64,000 nt of DNA from Nitrospiraceae bacterium. GTDB lineage: Bacteria; Nitrospirota; Nitrospiria; Nitrospirales; Nitrospiraceae. The position numbers were made by a program, and so were the translations under genes. Location of the stretch: assembly GCA_050246315.1 (NCBI GenBank), contig JBFWWG010000007.1, positions 96,001 to 160,000 on the forward strand, given 5' to 3'. Below, piece after piece: positions 36,470 through 48,377 of the stretch. Numbering within the stretch: the first letter of the stretch is position 1; each line of letters starts with the position of its first letter. The notes beneath the pieces were generated by a model that did no database searches, was not told where the DNA came from, and saw only the letters and a list, made by a program, of their open reading frames with translations.

Positions 36470-38803
36470 CTAGCTGGCTTCCTTATACCCGCACTCGGCG
36501 TTGACGCAACGCACGGTGGTGGCGTCCTTGCCGACTTTTTCGACGAGAAAGGGAGCGCTGCAACTCGGACACGCCTTCTGAACCGGACGGTCCCAGAGAG
36601 CGTACTCGCATTTGGGATAGCGCGAGCAGGCGTAGAAGACTCGGCCCTTGCGCGTTCGCTTCTGGACAAAATCGCCGTCGCATCCGGGAGCGGGGCATTT
36701 GACTCCGACCGAAAGCGCCCGCGTGGTCTTGCATCCCGGATAGCCGGAACAGGCCAGGAATTTCCCGAAGCGCCCGCTCTTGATGAGCATCGGGCTACCG
36801 CACTTTTCACATTGCTCGCCGGTGGTGACCTCTTCCTTGGGAACAATCTTAATCGTTCCGTCCGGCAAGCGCTCAAAATTCTGGGTGTTTTTGCAAGGCG
36901 GATCTTCATTGTAACCGGGACAAGCCAGAAACTTCCCATTACGTCCCCATTTGATGATCATCATCCGCCCGCAGCGATCGCACGGAATGTTCGTGGGCGG
37001 CTCGACGATATCTTTGGGACCGGGAATCTGCTCCGCGATCTGCATGTCACGCGTAAATGGATTGTAGAAGTCTCGAACCGCGTCCACCCATCCCTTGTTG
37101 CCTTCCTCGACCTCGTCCAGCTCTTGCTCCATTTGAGACGTGAAATCCACGTTGAGCAGCTCCGGAAAGCCTTTCTCCAGAAAATCATTCACCGTCCGGC
37201 CGGTCTCAGTCGGGATGAATCGTCCTTCCACCTTTTCCACATACTTGCGGTCTTGAATCGTGGAGATGATGGCGGCATAGGTTGAAGGCCGACCGATTCC
37301 CTTCTCTTCAAGCTCACGGATCAGCAGTGCCTCGTTGTACCGCGGAGGCGGCTGGGTGAAATGCTGCTTGGGGAGTACTCCGCTCTCAGCACCGTCGCGG
37401 GACACCAACCTGAGCTGCTCACCCTCCTCCAGCCGAGGGAGGTTGCCGTCCGGCGTGTCCTCCGTTTCTTCGCCGCTCTTTTGATTTTGAGGCGGCGCGT
37501 CCGAATCTCTTCCTTCCAGATACACTGCCGTGTGGCCGGGGAACTTCACGACGGTGCCGGTGGCCCGGAAGATGTAGTCGTCCGACACCTCTACAGGCGC
37601 CGTATCCACGCGGGTGACATCCAAAATTGCGGGTGTCATCTGCGAGGCGACGAATCGATTCCAGATCAGCTTGTAGAGCTGGTAGACGTCCGGCTCCAGG
37701 TACTGCCTGATAGACTCGGGATCGCGAACGGCGGAGGTGGGACGGATGGCTTCGTGAGCTTCCTGCGCGGCCTTTTGCGTCTTATACACGTTCGGCGTCG
37801 CCGGCAAATATTCGGGACCGAACCGCTCCCTGATGAGTTCCCGGGCCGCCTCCAATGCTTCCTGGGCGATCCTCGTCGAATCCGTCCTCATATACGTGAT
37901 CAGCCCGACCGGCCCTTCCGCTCCGATTTCGATACCTTCGTACAGTTGTTGGGCCAGCGCCATGGTCTTCTTCGGCGTGAACCGCAACTTACGGGCCGCT
38001 TCCTGCTGGAGCCGGCTGGTAATGAATGGGGCGACCGGATTCCGCCTCTTCTCCTTTCGTTCGATGGAACGGACGACGAAGGACTTTCCCTGTACCGCGG
38101 CAACCACGCGCTCGGCCTCCGGTGCCGAGGAGATCGACGCCTCCTGTCCGTTGATCGAGTGCAACTTGGCGTCGAACGCCGGAGGATTGGCCCCCTGGAG
38201 CGTCGCCGTGATGGACCAGTATTCTTCCGGTCTGAAGGCTTCCCGCTCCTTCTCCCGATCGCAAATAAGCTTGACCGCGACGGATTGGACCCGCCCCATA
38301 CTGAGCCCACGCCGGACCTTCTTCCACAATAGCTGGCTCCCTTGATACCCCACGATCCGATCAAGCACACGGCGAGCCTGCTGGGCGTTCACCAGCTTCA
38401 TGTCGATCTGTCCGGGTGATTGAAGCGCCCGCTTGATCGCCGACTCCGTGATCTCGTTGAACAGCACACGGAAGATCCGCTCGTTGTTCTTCTTCTTGGA
38501 TTTGCCGCTGATTTCCTGTGCGATATGCCAGGCGATCGCCTCCCCTTCCCGATCGGGGTCCGGTGCCAGATACACCTTGTCCACCTGCTCCGCCTTCTTC
38601 TTGATGTCGGACAGAACCTTCGCCTTGCCCTTAATCGTGACGTAGTGCGGGGCAAACTCACGCTCGATATCCACGCCAAGCTTGCTGGTCGGAAGATCCT
38701 TGACGTGACCGACCGAGGCCATGACTGTATACCCCCGCCCCAGGTATTTGTTGATGGTCTTGGCCTTTGCAGGAGACTCAACGATGATTAATGACTTGGC
38801 CAT
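36470..38803 (-). CDS. topA: DNA topoisomerase I
   Basis: IVESPAKAKTI, DPDREGE, GLITYMRTDS and C-terminal zinc ribbons. Confidence 0.97.
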   Translation of the reverse strand: MAKSLIIVESPAKAKTINKYLGRGYTVMASVGHVKDLPTSKLGVDIEREFAPHYVTIKGKAKVLSDIKKKAEQVDKVYLAPDPDREGEAIAWHIAQEISGKSKKKNNERIFRVLFNEITESAIKRALQSPGQIDMKLVNAQQARRVLDRIVGYQGSQLLWKKVRRGLSMGRVQSVAVKLICDREKEREAFRPEEYWSITATLQGANPPAFDAKLHSINGQEASISSAPEAERVVAAVQGKSFVVRSIERKEKRRNPVAPFITSRLQQEAARKLRFTPKKTMALAQQLYEGIEIGAEGPVGLITYMRTDSTRIAQEALEAARELIRERFGPEYLPATPNVYKTQKAAQEAHEAIRPTSAVRDPESIRQYLEPDVYQLYKLIWNRFVASQMTPAILDVTRVDTAPVEVSDDYIFRATGTVVKFPGHTAVYLEGRDSDAPPQNQKSGEETEDTPDGNLPRLEEGEQLRLVSRDGAESGVLPKQHFTQPPPRYNEALLIRELEEKGIGRPSTYAAIISTIQDRKYVEKVEGRFIPTETGRTVNDFLEKGFPELLNVDFTSQMEQELDEVEEGNKGWVDAVRDFYNPFTRDMQIAEQIPGPKDIVEPPTNIPCDRCGRMMIIKWGRNGKFLACPGYNEDPPCKNTQNFERLPDGTIKIVPKEEVTTGEQCEKCGSPMLIKSGRFGKFLACSGYPGCKTTRALSVGVKCPAPGCDGDFVQKRTRKGRVFYACSRYPKCEYALWDRPVQKACPSCSAPFLVEKVGKDATTVRCVNAECGYKEAS

Positions 38804-38933
38804 GCCTATCCTTCATGATCGGCGACGGGCGCTCCGGCCGTCACGGCGACTCTGTCCTTCTCTTCTACTCCATCTTCCATGGTTCTCTCAACTATTCCAG
38901 TGCCATGGACCGGGCCACCGCACAAGCTGCTGA

Positions 38934-40055
38934 TTATAACCGAAGAATAAATTGTCCGGGTAATTGTTCAACGAGGCCCTTCATCTCGAGGGAGAGGAGC
39001 GCGGCCGAAACCGCGGCCGGACCTAGTTGGATGCGGAGCGTGAGTTCATCAATATGCACCGGGTCCGCGGACAACGCCGCGATCACCCGCGATTCATCCG
39101 CCGACAACGGAGAGACCGCCTTTGCCGGCGCGTCGCGTCGCACGGCGAGCCGCCGGCGCATCTGCTCGTCCAACTGAGGGAGCAACTCCTCGATCACGTC
39201 CTGTGCCGTCTCGACGAGCTTGGCGCCATCCTTGATCAGGCGGTGCGGGCCGCGACTGGTCTCGGCTCGAACCGATCCAGGAAGCGCAAATACCTCGCGG
39301 CCTTGTTCTCCAGCCAACCGTGCCGTGATCAACGAGCCGCTGTCCAGCGCAGCCTCCGTCACGAGGACGCCCAAGGAGAGGCCGCTGATGATACGATTCC
39401 GTCGAGGAAAATGGTAGCTGTGCGGAGGAGCGCCCATCGCCAGCTCCGACAGGACCGCCCCCTGCATTTCGATTTGCCGGCGCAACTTCTCATGCTCGGG
39501 CGGATAGGTGTGGTCGATCCCGCAACCTAACACCGCGATCGTGCGCCCTCCGGCTGCCAGCGCTCCACGATGAGCCGCCGCATCGATTCCACGAGCCAAT
39601 CCGCTGACGATGGTGAATCCTGCTTGCGCCAAGGTACGGCTGAGTTCCTCCGTAACTGCGCGGCCCTGCGGGGTGGACCGTCGCGATCCGACAATAGCCA
39701 CTGCATGAACATCGGAAGGGTCCAACCTCCCGGCAACATAGAGCAACGGAGGAGGGTCAGCGATATGGTTGAGTCGCCCCGGGTACTCCGCCTCAAAACA
39801 GGACACCACTGCGACCTGGCTTTGATGAATCAGGCTGATTTCCTGCTCAATCTGTGCCGAGGTCTTGAGATCCACTCCACGGACAATGGCTTCGGCAAGC
39901 TCCTGGTTGCATCCGCGCCTCCGCAATTCTGCGATCGGAGATCGGAGGACGGCTTCAGGCGAGCCGCAGGCTTCGGCCAGTTTCGCCAAGGTCGCTGGTC
40001 CCACACGCTCGATGGCCCGCAAGGTGAGCCAAGCCCGCAACGACTCATCGTTCAC
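38934..40055 (-). CDS. dprA: DNA-processing protein DprA
   Basis: VAIVGSR, IVSGLARGID, FPRRNRIISG and SGSLITA. Confidence 0.95.
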   Translation of the reverse strand: MNDESLRAWLTLRAIERVGPATLAKLAEACGSPEAVLRSPIAELRRRGCNQELAEAIVRGVDLKTSAQIEQEISLIHQSQVAVVSCFEAEYPGRLNHIADPPPLLYVAGRLDPSDVHAVAIVGSRRSTPQGRAVTEELSRTLAQAGFTIVSGLARGIDAAAHRGALAAGGRTIAVLGCGIDHTYPPEHEKLRRQIEMQGAVLSELAMGAPPHSYHFPRRNRIISGLSLGVLVTEAALDSGSLITARLAGEQGREVFALPGSVRAETSRGPHRLIKDGAKLVETAQDVIEELLPQLDEQMRRRLAVRRDAPAKAVSPLSADESRVIAALSADPVHIDELTLRIQLGPAAVSAALLSLEMKGLVEQLPGQFILRL

Positions 40056-40129
40056 GGCCGAACCTTCGGAGGAGGCGGTGCGGGAACCTGAGCACCTTTC
40101 CGCCCAGCAAAGCCGCCGTGAGAGGCCCC

Positions 40130-41638
40130 TTAGAGCGTCGCGATGTCGAACTGCTCGATGTGCAGGCTGGCATCAGGAGTGACGATGATTTTGCACGAAG
40201 AGACCCGCTCGACTTCTTCCAACCCTTGCCTCTCTTGATCCTGCAGAACATCGGTGACAGCCGGATTAGCGCCAACGACAATGCGCTGGTGGTCCTGCGA
40301 ACGCCCGAGCTTGCGCATTTCCTTGAAAATCTCATAGGCAACGGAGGTCGGCGACTTTGTATAGCCGCGCCCGTCGCAGTAATGGCAGGGCTCCGACATC
40401 GCGCGCAACAGATCCTCACGGACCCGCTCGCGAGAAATTTCGATCAATCCCAGATCGGAGATCCGGGAAATTCTCGTTCTGGCCTTGTCCGCAGACATCG
40501 CGTCAACCAGCGCGTGATACACCTTGTCTCGATTGCGCTCCCGCTCCATGTCGATGAAATCGACGATGATGATGCCACCGATGCCCCGCAACCGCACCTG
40601 ATACGCGATTTCCTTGGCAGCTTCCAGGTTGTTCCGAAGAATCGTCTCCTCCTGATCCCGCTTGCCGACAAACCGGCCGGTATTGACGTCGATCACGGTC
40701 ATGGCTTCCGTATGGTCGATGACGATATGGCCTCCCGATTTCAGCCACACCTTCCGGCTCAGCGCTCGCGCGATTTCCTGTTCGATGCCGAGGTGTTCAA
40801 ACAGCGGATCCTGTTTCTCGTATGACTGAATCCGGGAGGTCAATTCCGGAAGGAAGCGGGTGACGAAATCCCGGATGGCTTCGTATTCCGTCCGGGCGTC
40901 GATCAACAGGCGATCCACCTTCTTCGAGAACATGTCTCGGACAACCCGAAAACTCAAGGACAGGTCCGAATGTATGATCGCAGGGGTCGGCGACTGATCG
41001 CGTTTAGTCAAAATATCCTGCCACAACACATGAAGAAACTCGACATCGGCCCGCAGGTCGTCTTCCTTCACTCCCTCGCTCACCGTCCGCACGATGTAGC
41101 CGCATCCCGGCTTCCGCAGATGTTTCATCATCTCCTTGAGCCGTACACGCTCCTCGTCCTTGGCGATACGACGCGACACGCCGATGTGCTCCACGTTCGG
41201 CATAAACACCAGATACCTCCCGGGAAGCGACACATACCCGGTGACACGCGGCCCCTTGGTGCCAATGGGGCCCTTTGAAATCTGGACCATGATATCCTGC
41301 CCTTCGTCCAGGAGCTGTTCGATCGGCTTCACTCCCTGTCGCTTGGGACGCGGCACCTCCGGCGCCTGATCGTCATCCTCGCTGTCGAACAGCGTATCTC
41401 CGGGCCCCGCATCGCTGCAGACATCCGAAGCATGCATAAACGCCGATTTGTCCAGCCCGAGGTCGATGAACGCCGCCTGCATCCCCGGCAGCACCTTCGC
41501 GACCCGCCCCTTGTAAATGTTCCCGACAAAATCCTTGTGCTTGGCCCGATCGTTAAAGAGATCAGTCACCACACCGTTATCCAGCACCGCGACGCGCGTT
41601 TCCTCCCGCGCCACATTAATGGCAATCTCCAATCCCAT
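40130..41638 (-). CDS. rng: Ribonuclease G (Rne/Rng family)
   Basis: GNIYKGRV..VLPGMQAAF, DVNTG and GGIIIVDFIDM; 502 aa without a long C-terminal tail. Confidence 0.93.
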   Translation of the reverse strand: MGLEIAINVAREETRVAVLDNGVVTDLFNDRAKHKDFVGNIYKGRVAKVLPGMQAAFIDLGLDKSAFMHASDVCSDAGPGDTLFDSEDDDQAPEVPRPKRQGVKPIEQLLDEGQDIMVQISKGPIGTKGPRVTGYVSLPGRYLVFMPNVEHIGVSRRIAKDEERVRLKEMMKHLRKPGCGYIVRTVSEGVKEDDLRADVEFLHVLWQDILTKRDQSPTPAIIHSDLSLSFRVVRDMFSKKVDRLLIDARTEYEAIRDFVTRFLPELTSRIQSYEKQDPLFEHLGIEQEIARALSRKVWLKSGGHIVIDHTEAMTVIDVNTGRFVGKRDQEETILRNNLEAAKEIAYQVRLRGIGGIIIVDFIDMERERNRDKVYHALVDAMSADKARTRISRISDLGLIEISRERVREDLLRAMSEPCHYCDGRGYTKSPTSVAYEIFKEMRKLGRSQDHQRIVVGANPAVTDVLQDQERQGLEEVERVSSCKIIVTPDASLHIEQFDIATL

Positions 41639-41883
41639 AGGTCACGCTCCTCACTAAAGTTTGATGGGCGTCGAGAACCTGCACCCCAGACGGTGCGCTA
41701 TCGACAGGCCATCGAAACACACAAGTCCTGCCATCGCTTCTCGGCCGCACAAGCCGCTCGAATGGAACTTGGAGGCCGCTGCGGTCCGTTGGAGCCACGC
41801 AGCCTCCATTGTAAAGGCTACCGATGCAAAAAGTCCTAACCCGCATGATTCACGAAGCTTCGTGCGATTCCAACCCATGCGGG

Positions 41884-43005
41884 CTAATAGAACAGCGCCA
41901 GCCGGCGTCGTTTCACGTTCAATAACAAGCCCAACGCCGCTAGCGTGGTCACCGTCGCGCTGCCGCCGTAACTGACCAGTGGAAGCGGAATCCCCACGAT
42001 CGGGAACATGCCTGCGGTCATACCGATATTGACAACCATGCAGAAGCACAGCATGGCGACAACCCCAGCCGCCAGGAGCGAGCCCAACAGATCCTTCGCG
42101 CGGAGCGCGATCTCCACCGACAGCAAAATCAAGATCAAGAACAGCGCAAGCAGGACGACGACCCCCGCGAATCCCCATTCCTCCGCAAAGACTGCAAATA
42201 CGAAATCGGTGTGCCCTTCCGGCAGAAATTTGAGCTGGCTTTGGGTCCCGCCGTACAGACCTTTGCCCAACAGCTCTCCTGACCCAATCGCGATCTTGGA
42301 TTGCAAGGCATGATACCCCTTTCCGCCCGGATCGTAGGCCGGATCGACGAACGTCATGATCCGCTGCCGCTGATAGTCGTGCAACGAATTCCACATCACC
42401 TCCCAGGCGAACGGGAAGAGCATGAGCGAAAACAGCAAAATGATCCCGAGCGCCTTGGAACGCATGCCGACCACGAGGAGCATGGCCGCATAGACGGCGA
42501 GGAAACTCAGCCCGCTTCCCAGATCCGGTTGCTTGAGGATCAGCAAGAGCCCGGGAAGCATGATGGCGCCAGGAATCAGCACCCGCTGCATCCAGCCGCT
42601 GCGGGGCGCTGCGGCATAATAGCTCGCCAGCACTAAAATGAGGACCAGCTTTGCGAACTCCGAGGGCTGAAAGGCGAACGGACCGATCGGAATCCAGCGC
42701 TGCGCCCCCCGGCTGCTTTTGCCCATGAACAGGACCACAACGAGCAAGACCAGCACGATCGCATACAGCACATACGAGAGGCGCGCAATCTTGTGATAAT
42801 CGATCGACAGCATCATCATGAATGCGACGGCCCCGAGCCCGATCCAGATGATTTGTTTGAGATAGATCGGCAAACCAGCCCCAGGCTGGATGTAGGTCAC
42901 GCTGTAGATCGACAACACCCCGATGGCGAGCACGGCACCGATCACGCCGACGAATTGCCAGTCGAAAGGATCGAACCGCCGTTCGTCGATCATGCGGGAT
43001 ATCAT
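41884..43005 (-). CDS. rodA: Rod shape-determining protein RodA
   Basis: GAQRW, FQPSEFAK, QPDLG, LPEGHTDF and LVSYGGS. Confidence 0.95.
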   Translation of the reverse strand: MISRMIDERRFDPFDWQFVGVIGAVLAIGVLSIYSVTYIQPGAGLPIYLKQIIWIGLGAVAFMMMLSIDYHKIARLSYVLYAIVLVLLVVVLFMGKSSRGAQRWIPIGPFAFQPSEFAKLVLILVLASYYAAAPRSGWMQRVLIPGAIMLPGLLLILKQPDLGSGLSFLAVYAAMLLVVGMRSKALGIILLFSLMLFPFAWEVMWNSLHDYQRQRIMTFVDPAYDPGGKGYHALQSKIAIGSGELLGKGLYGGTQSQLKFLPEGHTDFVFAVFAEEWGFAGVVVLLALFLILILLSVEIALRAKDLLGSLLAAGVVAMLCFCMVVNIGMTAGMFPIVGIPLPLVSYGGSATVTTLAALGLLLNVKRRRLALFY

Positions 43006-44891
43006 AAACGAGGCCCCGACGTCTGCGCGCTCCTCTGTTCCTGGGGCGGCACGCCTCCTCCGATCACGACCGGAGCCTTTGGCGCCATGGTGAAGAACGC
43101 TTCGATCAACTCCTTGGCCAGGGGCGCGGCAGCCGAGCCTCCATGGCCCATATGCTCGGCCAGAACCGCGACGGCTATTTTGGGAGACTCCGCCGGCGCA
43201 TAGGACACGAACCAAGCGTGGTCTCGGAATTTCTTGGGAATGTCTTTCTCAGGTCCTGTGCGGAGCGCGGTTGTCTGGGCGGTTCCGGTCTTCCCCGCGA
43301 TGTTCACGAGCGAGGACTTGGCGCGCGTCGCCGTTCCCCGACTGACGACATCGGTCAGGCCCTTCTGAATCGCCTGCAGCGTCTCCGCCTTCACGGCTAA
43401 GGTTTCTTTGGCCGGGGTCGGCATCTCCTGCAATCGCCCAGTGGTCCGATCGAGAACGGCTTGAATCAACCGAGGTCGATACAGAATACCGTTATTGGCG
43501 ACCGCCCCCACCACACTCGCCATCTGAAGAGGGGTGACCGTCACGTATCCCTGCCCGATGGCCACCGAGATCGTTTCGCCGGGATACCAGGGCTCACCCC
43601 TCACCCGCTCCTTCCAGGCGGTAGATGGCACGATTCCGACCCGCTCCGATGGCAGTTCGATGCCGGTTTCCCGCCCCAAGCCGAACATGCGAGCGAACTG
43701 GGCAATGGTGTCAATTCCCATCCGCTGTCCCACCGTATAGAAATACACGTCGCACGAATGCACGATGGCCTCATGCAAATCGACCGATCCATGCCCGCCC
43801 GCTTTCCAATCACGGAAGAGCCGTTTTCCGAACTGGTACCCCCCGTTGCAGAACACGGGCGTGGCAGCCGACACCGTGCGGCTTTCGAGCGCCGCCGCGG
43901 CCATCACAATCTTAAAGGTCGATCCTGGAGGATACTGCCCTTGAATAGCCCGGTTGGTCAGCGGCCGGCGCTCGTTCTGGACGATCTCTTCCCACTGCTT
44001 GGCCGTCAATTCACGCGACATGAGGTTCGGGTCAAACGCCGGACGGCTGGCCAGCGCCAAGACTTCTCCGCTTGTCGGATCGAGCGCCACGATCGCCCCG
44101 TCTTCTTCGCCCAAGAGCTGCTCAGCCAGTTTTTGCAATCGAGCATCGATCGTCAAATAGAGATCATCGCCCGAATGCGGCTTGTCCACAAACACCGTCC
44201 GTTTCGCATGGCCCAGCGCATCGACCTCGACACTCTTTTCGCCAGATCGCCCCCGGAGCAGCCGATCGAATGTTTTTTCGACCCCGTACTGTCCGATCAA
44301 GCTCCCTTGATGCAGATCGTCCGCATCTTCCCGCTCCAACTGTTCCGCCGACACCTCCCCCACATAGCCGATCAAGTGTCCCCCCACGACTCCTTCGGGG
44401 TAGTTCCGCTGTGATTCCACCTGGATCATCACTCCCGGCAGTTGCAGCCGGTGCGATTCGACCAACGTGGCCTCTCTGAGAGTAAGACGATCCTTGACCT
44501 TGCGGGGAAGCAGCTTGGGTCCCTTGACGGACAGCTTCTTTTCAATCACCTGCGGCTCAAGGCCGATCAACAGACTTAATCGCGCGGCCAACTCGACCCG
44601 GTCCTTGACATCCTCAAGCGTGACGTACAGGGTGAAGCTGGGAACGTTATTGGCCAACAGGACTCCGTTGCGGTCATAGATGAGGCCGCGAGCCGGTTCG
44701 AGCAGCACGGTTCGGGTTCGATTGTTCTCTGAGAGGTCGCGGTAATAGACCCCGTCGCGCACTTGGAGATACCACAGGCGGACCCCGAGCAGGACCACGA
44801 CCAACAACAGCCCTATGCGCAGGATCATCAGCCGCCGCTGAATTTCACCCAATTCCGCGTCGGACGTACCGTAACCCATGGTGAGTCCCAT
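43002..44891 (-). CDS. mrdA: Penicillin-binding protein 2
   Basis: RGLIYDRNG, PGSTFK, SCDVYFY and KTGTAQ. Confidence 0.95.
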   Translation of the reverse strand: MGLTMGYGTSDAELGEIQRRLMILRIGLLLVVVLLGVRLWYLQVRDGVYYRDLSENNRTRTVLLEPARGLIYDRNGVLLANNVPSFTLYVTLEDVKDRVELAARLSLLIGLEPQVIEKKLSVKGPKLLPRKVKDRLTLREATLVESHRLQLPGVMIQVESQRNYPEGVVGGHLIGYVGEVSAEQLEREDADDLHQGSLIGQYGVEKTFDRLLRGRSGEKSVEVDALGHAKRTVFVDKPHSGDDLYLTIDARLQKLAEQLLGEEDGAIVALDPTSGEVLALASRPAFDPNLMSRELTAKQWEEIVQNERRPLTNRAIQGQYPPGSTFKIVMAAAALESRTVSAATPVFCNGGYQFGKRLFRDWKAGGHGSVDLHEAIVHSCDVYFYTVGQRMGIDTIAQFARMFGLGRETGIELPSERVGIVPSTAWKERVRGEPWYPGETISVAIGQGYVTVTPLQMASVVGAVANNGILYRPRLIQAVLDRTTGRLQEMPTPAKETLAVKAETLQAIQKGLTDVVSRGTATRAKSSLVNIAGKTGTAQTTALRTGPEKDIPKKFRDHAWFVSYAPAESPKIAVAVLAEHMGHGGSAAAPLAKELIEAFFTMAPKAPVVIGGGVPPQEQRSAQTSGPRL

Positions 44892-44918
44892 CTCTGCCGA
44901 GAGTCGGCAGGGGATGCA

Positions 44919-45428
44919 TCAATCCTCTCTGAACACTGAAGAACGGAGTGGGTAATACCGGGCCGCGATCCGCCGAACGCCCCAAAACACCGCGACGGCC
45001 AAGATCGCGTCCAACAAGGCTTGGGGCAACAAGAGCGTCGGCACAGCGAGAAACGCATCCCCGAGCGCATGCCCACGGGCCAAATACAGAAACGCCAGCC
45101 CGCTCAGCGAGGACAGCACCACCACCGCGAGCGCTACGACGATCGATGACACCTGAACCACCTGTTGGCCGATCAAGCCGGCCACAATACCCAGGAGACC
45201 TTTCGTCACGAGATTGGGGAACGCGACGCCCGCTGAAAAGAGATCCTGGATGAATCCAAGGAGGACGCCCATCAACGCCCCTTCGAGCTCATCCGTCAAC
45301 AATCCGATCAGGCAGACCGCCACCAGGATCACATCTGGCTCGACCAATGTCGTACCGGTGCGCCCCAGCGCGGTAGTCTGAAGCGGCACCAGGAGGAAAC
45401 AGAGACAAAGGTACACCCAGAATTTCAT
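44919..45428 (-). CDS. mreD: Rod shape-determining protein MreD
   Basis: Hydrophobic protein with G...G...D motif, positioned between mreC and mrdA. Confidence 0.8.
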   Translation of the reverse strand: MKFWVYLCLCFLLVPLQTTALGRTGTTLVEPDVILVAVCLIGLLTDELEGALMGVLLGFIQDLFSAGVAFPNLVTKGLLGIVAGLIGQQVVQVSSIVVALAVVVLSSLSGLAFLYLARGHALGDAFLAVPTLLLPQALLDAILAVAVFWGVRRIAARYYPLRSSVFRED

Positions 45429-46312
45429 GGAGTCGTCTTAGGCGCTTTCTTGGGAGCAAGTTGGAAGGTGTCGGCCTCCGGTGCATCGGGCAACTTGGTA
45501 ATGACGAGGACTTCCTCCAGTTTCGCGAATTCGGCCGCGGGCTCCACCTCCGCCACCTGGAAGCCCTCACCTTCCTCCTTTTCGATCTTCGTCACCACTC
45601 CGACAGGCAACCCGCGCGGGAATCCTCCGACCAATCCGGAGGTCACAATCCAATCTCCGGTTCGAACGCCCGAGAGCAAGGGGATGTATTTCATTCGTAT
45701 CGAGTGTTGCGACGTGCCTTCGACGATCCCTTCATCCCGCGTCCGCTGCAACAACGCGGCCAACGCGTTGTTGGGGTCTGTCAGCAGCAGCACAACGGCC
45801 GTGGAACCCGTCGTCTTCACCACTCGACCGACGACACCGCCGGGCGTCATCACTCCCATCTCCGGCTGGATACCTTCCGATTCTCCCTTGTCCACCAACA
45901 CCGCTTGATACCAGTTGGTGGCATCCTTCCCGATAACTCGGGCCGCCACGGTGTCGAAGCCGACCCGTTCCTTGAATTCCAGGAGGCTGGCCAGCCGTTG
46001 GCCCGACCCCGCCGCTTCCCGCAATTGATTGTTCTGCTCGCGCAACAGCGCCGTTTCGCGCTCCAATCGACGATTCTCCTCATAGACATACCGGAGCGCC
46101 ACGTAGCCGTCCCAGAGATCCGTCACGGCGGTCGTCAGGGAGGACCAGGCTTCCAGCGGCCAGGCCAACACATGGCCAAGCGGCCCGCCGAATTGCAGCA
46201 AAATCCCTTGGGTCTGGGCCGGGAGCAGAAGGAGAAGGAACAGCAGGAGGGTGACAAGCCCCAGGAGCCAACGCCTGGAACCGTATGTCAGACGCACCAT
46301 TGCCATCCGCAT
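45425..46312 (-). CDS. mreC: Rod shape-determining protein MreC
   Basis: TM helix plus coiled coil; DKG...G, GVVGRV and TSGL.G.FP.GLPVG. Confidence 0.93.
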   Translation of the reverse strand: MRMAMVRLTYGSRRWLLGLVTLLLFLLLLLPAQTQGILLQFGGPLGHVLAWPLEAWSSLTTAVTDLWDGYVALRYVYEENRRLERETALLREQNNQLREAAGSGQRLASLLEFKERVGFDTVAARVIGKDATNWYQAVLVDKGESEGIQPEMGVMTPGGVVGRVVKTTGSTAVVLLLTDPNNALAALLQRTRDEGIVEGTSQHSIRMKYIPLLSGVRTGDWIVTSGLVGGFPRGLPVGVVTKIEKEEGEGFQVAEVEPAAEFAKLEEVLVITKLPDAPEADTFQLAPKKAPKTTP

Positions 46313-46326
46313 TCCGGATGGAACCG

Positions 46327-47388
<1,062 letters not shown>

Positions 47389-47717
47389 TTATGTGACGAC
47401 CCTGGTCGGTTGTGATCGGTATATGGCTTCCGCCCAGCCCACAATATTCATGACCGTTCGTGACGAAACCGTCGAGACGCCACACGTTGGACCCATTGCC
47501 TCGACCCCTTGCACACAGGAACGCAAGGGGTACCTCGTCGCAATGGGCACCCCCACGCGGAGCCGCGACGAAAGGGGGCAGACTTGCAACAGTATGTCGA
47601 CCGACCGACTGGCGAGCCTGACCGCTTCAATGCGGGACTCGGAATCCAAGCCTGTCGCAGCGGCGTATCGGTAGTTGCAGTAGAAGCGGTCATGAATTAA
47701 ATGTGAGTTAGCTCGTT

Positions 47718-48197
47718 TCATCGACTGTCAGGCATGTCGAGCTGATCAGCGTCCACAACTTGTGTTTGGGCCAGAATATCTCCGAACCGGAGCCCGCGGT
47801 CGTTTCCGAGGACGAGCAGACCTTCAAAGCTCAGGACGGCGAGTAGGAGCACCCAACCGACATACGAAACCTGATAAAGTAGAAAGGCCAGCGCCACCGG
47901 AAGATTCCGGACGATCGATTCGCCAAACGACACGGCCTCCCGCCGCCGCGGGCTCCACGTCTGAAGGCCCATCAGCCGCTTGCCGAGACTTCGTCCCCCC
48001 GACAACCCATCAGCCGCCAACAGGTAGGCCAGCCCCACCAGAAAGCCAACCGATGGAACCGCTTGGTCGATCGTGGCCGCTATCAAGAGGTCTGCGCTTC
48101 GAGCCAACCCACGGTTGACGACGTGAGCTTTAGGATAGATTTCGGTCAGCAGGTGGCTTCGCGCCCGTTCTTCCTGGAGGACTCCATCACCTTGCAA
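47718..48197 (-). CDS. RDD family membrane protein
   Basis: R.LA...D, SLGKRLMGL, RN and RFGDILAQT. Confidence 0.8.
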   Translation of the reverse strand: MQGDGVLQEERARSHLLTEIYPKAHVVNRGLARSADLLIAATIDQAVPSVGFLVGLAYLLAADGLSGGRSLGKRLMGLQTWSPRRREAVSFGESIVRNLPVALAFLLYQVSYVGWVLLLAVLSFEGLLVLGNDRGLRFGDILAQTQVVDADQLDMPDSR

Positions 48198-48377
48198 CTC
48201 GACGGGCAGTATAACAAATCCCCCCGATCATCACAAATGAACGACTGGATTTTTCAGGTCGATTCCCCAGGGGTGGGAACCTTCCCTCCCGAACAACGCA
48301 CTGTCCAGGCACACCTTGCTTGACCGGACGAAGATCAGTAAAATGAAATTTTGGAGCCCATCAGGAGACATGAAGCG